Assembly (NCBI RefSeq): GCF_001194135.2
Contig: NC_068994.1
Span: forward strand, 6,567,731-6,631,730
DNA from: Octopus bimaculoides
Lineage: Eukaryota
Reading direction: 5' to 3'
Length of the DNA: 64,000 bases
In this document: positions 61,631 through 64,000 of the stretch, in pieces
How positions within the stretch are numbered: position 1 is the stretch's first letter
Layout of the letters: the number at the start of each line of letters is the position of its first letter
Position numbers and translations under genes: made by a program
Notes under the pieces: model-generated
Databases searched by the model: none
The model's input: only the letters and a program-made list of their open reading frames with translations
Told to the model about the DNA's origin: nothing

Positions 61631-63931
61631 ATGAGTGTGAAAGAAGAAGTTTTTACTTGCCATATATGTGAAGAGGTCTTTCCAGAAGATTCTCTCTTAC
61701 AGGATCATGTTATCATCCATCAAGATAATGTTTCTTATCGCTGTGACATCTGCCAGAAAGATTTCTGCAAATATTCCGATGCTTGTGTCCATCTGAAACC
61801 CATTGCTAATCCCAGGCTGTTTCACTGCGATGTGTGCTCGAAAGAATTTGTCACAAACAAGAACTTGAAAAGACACTTGAGGACACACACCGGAGAGAAA
61901 CCCTACAACTGCGAACTGTGTGGCAAACACTTTGCTCAGGCGTCATCATTGAAACGACACATGAAAGCACACAGTGGCGAGAAACCATATTCTTGTGAAG
62001 TGTGTGGAAAGAAGTTTCTTGCTGGAAATGATTTAAAGAGACATAATCGAACGCATACTGGTGAAAAGCCATTTGCGTGTGATATCTGTGGCAAACGATT
62101 TGTTCAGAATACAGATTTGAAACGGCATAATAAAGTACATGTCCGTGAAAAGAATTTTCCCCGTGAACCGCTAAAGAAAGACACTGCAAGTTTCAAATCT
62201 AAAACCACAAAAAAATTACCTACAACGTATCCTATTGAGAAGCAATACTGTTGTCAAATATGTACAAAGGTATTCCCGAAATTTTCAAAATGGGCCAATC
62301 ACGTTCGTAGCCATCCTGGTGAAAAACCTTATTATTGTGAACTGTGCAAAAAGAAATTTGCACAGGGTTCTTCTTTAAAGCGACACATCAGAGCCCATTC
62401 GGGGGAGCGTCCTTTCTCCTGTGAAGTGTGTGCAAAGCGATTTGCTGCCAATAACGACTTGAAAAGACATGCACGTACACACACAGGTGAAAGGCCTTAC
62501 ATTTGCAATGTCTGTGGAAGAGGATTCGGTACGAACAATGATCTGAAAAGACATTTGAAAATTCACACTGGAGAAAAACCTTTCCATTGTAAAGAATGTG
62601 GGAAAAGCTTCCTGACAAATTCTAGGCTACAGTATCACTTAAGATGCCACTCTGGGCTGAATCTAACCTGTAAAGTATGTAAAAAAGTTTTTCTAAAAAG
62701 TTCGACCCTGAAGAGTCATCTTTTGATACATAACAGAGGAGTTTGTGATAAGGATTCTCCTAAGACAATTCCACTGATAAGGACTAAGAACGGTGAAGAA
62801 CAGAGGAATTACATTTGTTCTATTTGTAAATTAACCTTCCAAACTCATATTGAATTAGGTCGTCATGTCAGAACACACAGTGAAAATCGAAATTTGAATT
62901 GTGAAATACCTGGAGACGGTTTAACTCCACATCATTTTCTGTCAGTGAACAACAGTGTGATTGACAATGTGAGCCGAGTGGCCAACACTTGTGAACCTCT
63001 AAGTGAACTTAAGGCTGGAAACAATTTAATCGTTCATGAGAAACGGTTGACGAATAAAGAATCGTATGCCTGTGGCATTTGTCAAAAATCTTTTGTAACT
63101 CAGAACAACCTAAACAACCATGTAAGGATTCATACTGGGGAAAGGCCCTTTCCTTGCAAGGTGTGTCGGAAAAGATTTATAACAAACAATAACTTAAAGC
63201 GGCACAGTCGAACCCACACAGGTGAGAGACCATTCTCATGTGAAGTTTGTAGCAAAAGCTTCCTGACGAGCAATGATTTGAAAAGACATAATAAAACACA
63301 CACAGGTGAGAGACCCTTTTGTTGTACGATATGTACAAAGGGATTTGTTCAAAATACTGATTTGAAGAGACATATGAAAGTGCACCTTCGTGAAAAGAAA
63401 CAAGACACCGAGTTGCCGCTTAAGAAAGACAGTGTCGTCAGTTTTAAGATGCACAAAGGTTTGCTCTCCTCTGACAAAGTGCATCGTTGCCAGATATGTA
63501 ATAAAACTTTCCTCAGGTATTACAGATTGAGGATTCACCTAAGGACACACACTGGAGAAAAGCCTTACAATTGTAGGACTTGTGGCAAAGGTTTCACGAC
63601 TAGTTGCAACCTTAAGAGACACACAAAATTTCATGCTGGAGAGAAACTTTTCTCGTGTGAAATTTGTGGCAAGAATTTTGTCATGAACTGTGATTTGAAA
63701 AGACATATTCGAATTCACACAGGTGAAAAACCTTACTCTTGTGGTATCTGTCAGAAACATTTCACCACCAGTAATGTCTTGAAAAGACACAACAAAATCC
63801 ACATGAAGGGTGATTTTTACCCGGGTACCCAATGTCAAGAGAACTTTGTTAATCCCAGTGATTTTAACATCCATTTAGGGATGCACAGTTTGGTTGATCC
63901 CATTCTACTTGAAAACAAAAAAACTTTTTGA
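61631..63931 (+). CDS. C2H2 (Kruppel-type) zinc-finger protein, 20 canonical plus at least 2 degenerate fingers in several clusters
   Basis: Long ORF with TGEKP/TGERP-linked fingers. The ORF-track start (TTG at 61535) runs through a poly-T tract, so ATG 61631 (MSVKEEVF) is the likelier start. Confidence 0.95.
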   Translation: MSVKEEVFTCHICEEVFPEDSLLQDHVIIHQDNVSYRCDICQKDFCKYSDACVHLKPIANPRLFHCDVCSKEFVTNKNLKRHLRTHTGEKPYNCELCGKHFAQASSLKRHMKAHSGEKPYSCEVCGKKFLAGNDLKRHNRTHTGEKPFACDICGKRFVQNTDLKRHNKVHVREKNFPREPLKKDTASFKSKTTKKLPTTYPIEKQYCCQICTKVFPKFSKWANHVRSHPGEKPYYCELCKKKFAQGSSLKRHIRAHSGERPFSCEVCAKRFAANNDLKRHARTHTGERPYICNVCGRGFGTNNDLKRHLKIHTGEKPFHCKECGKSFLTNSRLQYHLRCHSGLNLTCKVCKKVFLKSSTLKSHLLIHNRGVCDKDSPKTIPLIRTKNGEEQRNYICSICKLTFQTHIELGRHVRTHSENRNLNCEIPGDGLTPHHFLSVNNSVIDNVSRVANTCEPLSELKAGNNLIVHEKRLTNKESYACGICQKSFVTQNNLNNHVRIHTGERPFPCKVCRKRFITNNNLKRHSRTHTGERPFSCEVCSKSFLTSNDLKRHNKTHTGERPFCCTICTKGFVQNTDLKRHMKVHLREKKQDTELPLKKDSVVSFKMHKGLLSSDKVHRCQICNKTFLRYYRLRIHLRTHTGEKPYNCRTCGKGFTTSCNLKRHTKFHAGEKLFSCEICGKNFVMNCDLKRHIRIHTGEKPYSCGICQKHFTTSNVLKRHNKIHMKGDFYPGTQCQENFVNPSDFNIHLGMHSLVDPILLENKKTF

Positions 63932-64000
63932 GGCTAAAAAAAAAACTGTTACTATTGTATGATGACACATGTATAAAAGTTTTAAATAAGTGACTTCCTT

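Overview
AT-rich, microsatellite- and SINE-dense eukaryotic DNA with N gaps. It is most likely an octopus/cephalopod assembly, inferred from the SINE-like families and intronless C2H2 genes, not from a database search. Genes: (1) an intronless 11-finger C2H2 gene at 3075-5456 with an unusual N-terminal array of 22/27-aa repeats; (2) a possible host gene with HIT-like features whose phase-consistent exons (2719-9639) flank that ZNF; (3) a hand-assembled 20-exon gene at 11777-34480 (643 aa) resembling SLF2/FAM178A (SMC5/6 localisation factor), with a canonical PIP box on micro-exon 2; (4) an intronless ~20-finger C2H2 gene at 61631-63931. The stretch 37.4-44.5 kb is a pile-up of retroelement relics (RTE-like, Penelope-like, Tx1/L1-like) plus a parvovirus NS1-like SF3 helicase relic, with all protein-coding relics on the minus strand. 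Also present: a Merlin-like mini-element, mariner/hAT/piggyBac-like elements, two long hairpins, a 22-bp minisatellite, a 103-bp array and a tRNA-like-headed element carrying a minimal hammerhead ribozyme fold. All homology calls come from remembered family motifs and need HMM/BLAST confirmation.
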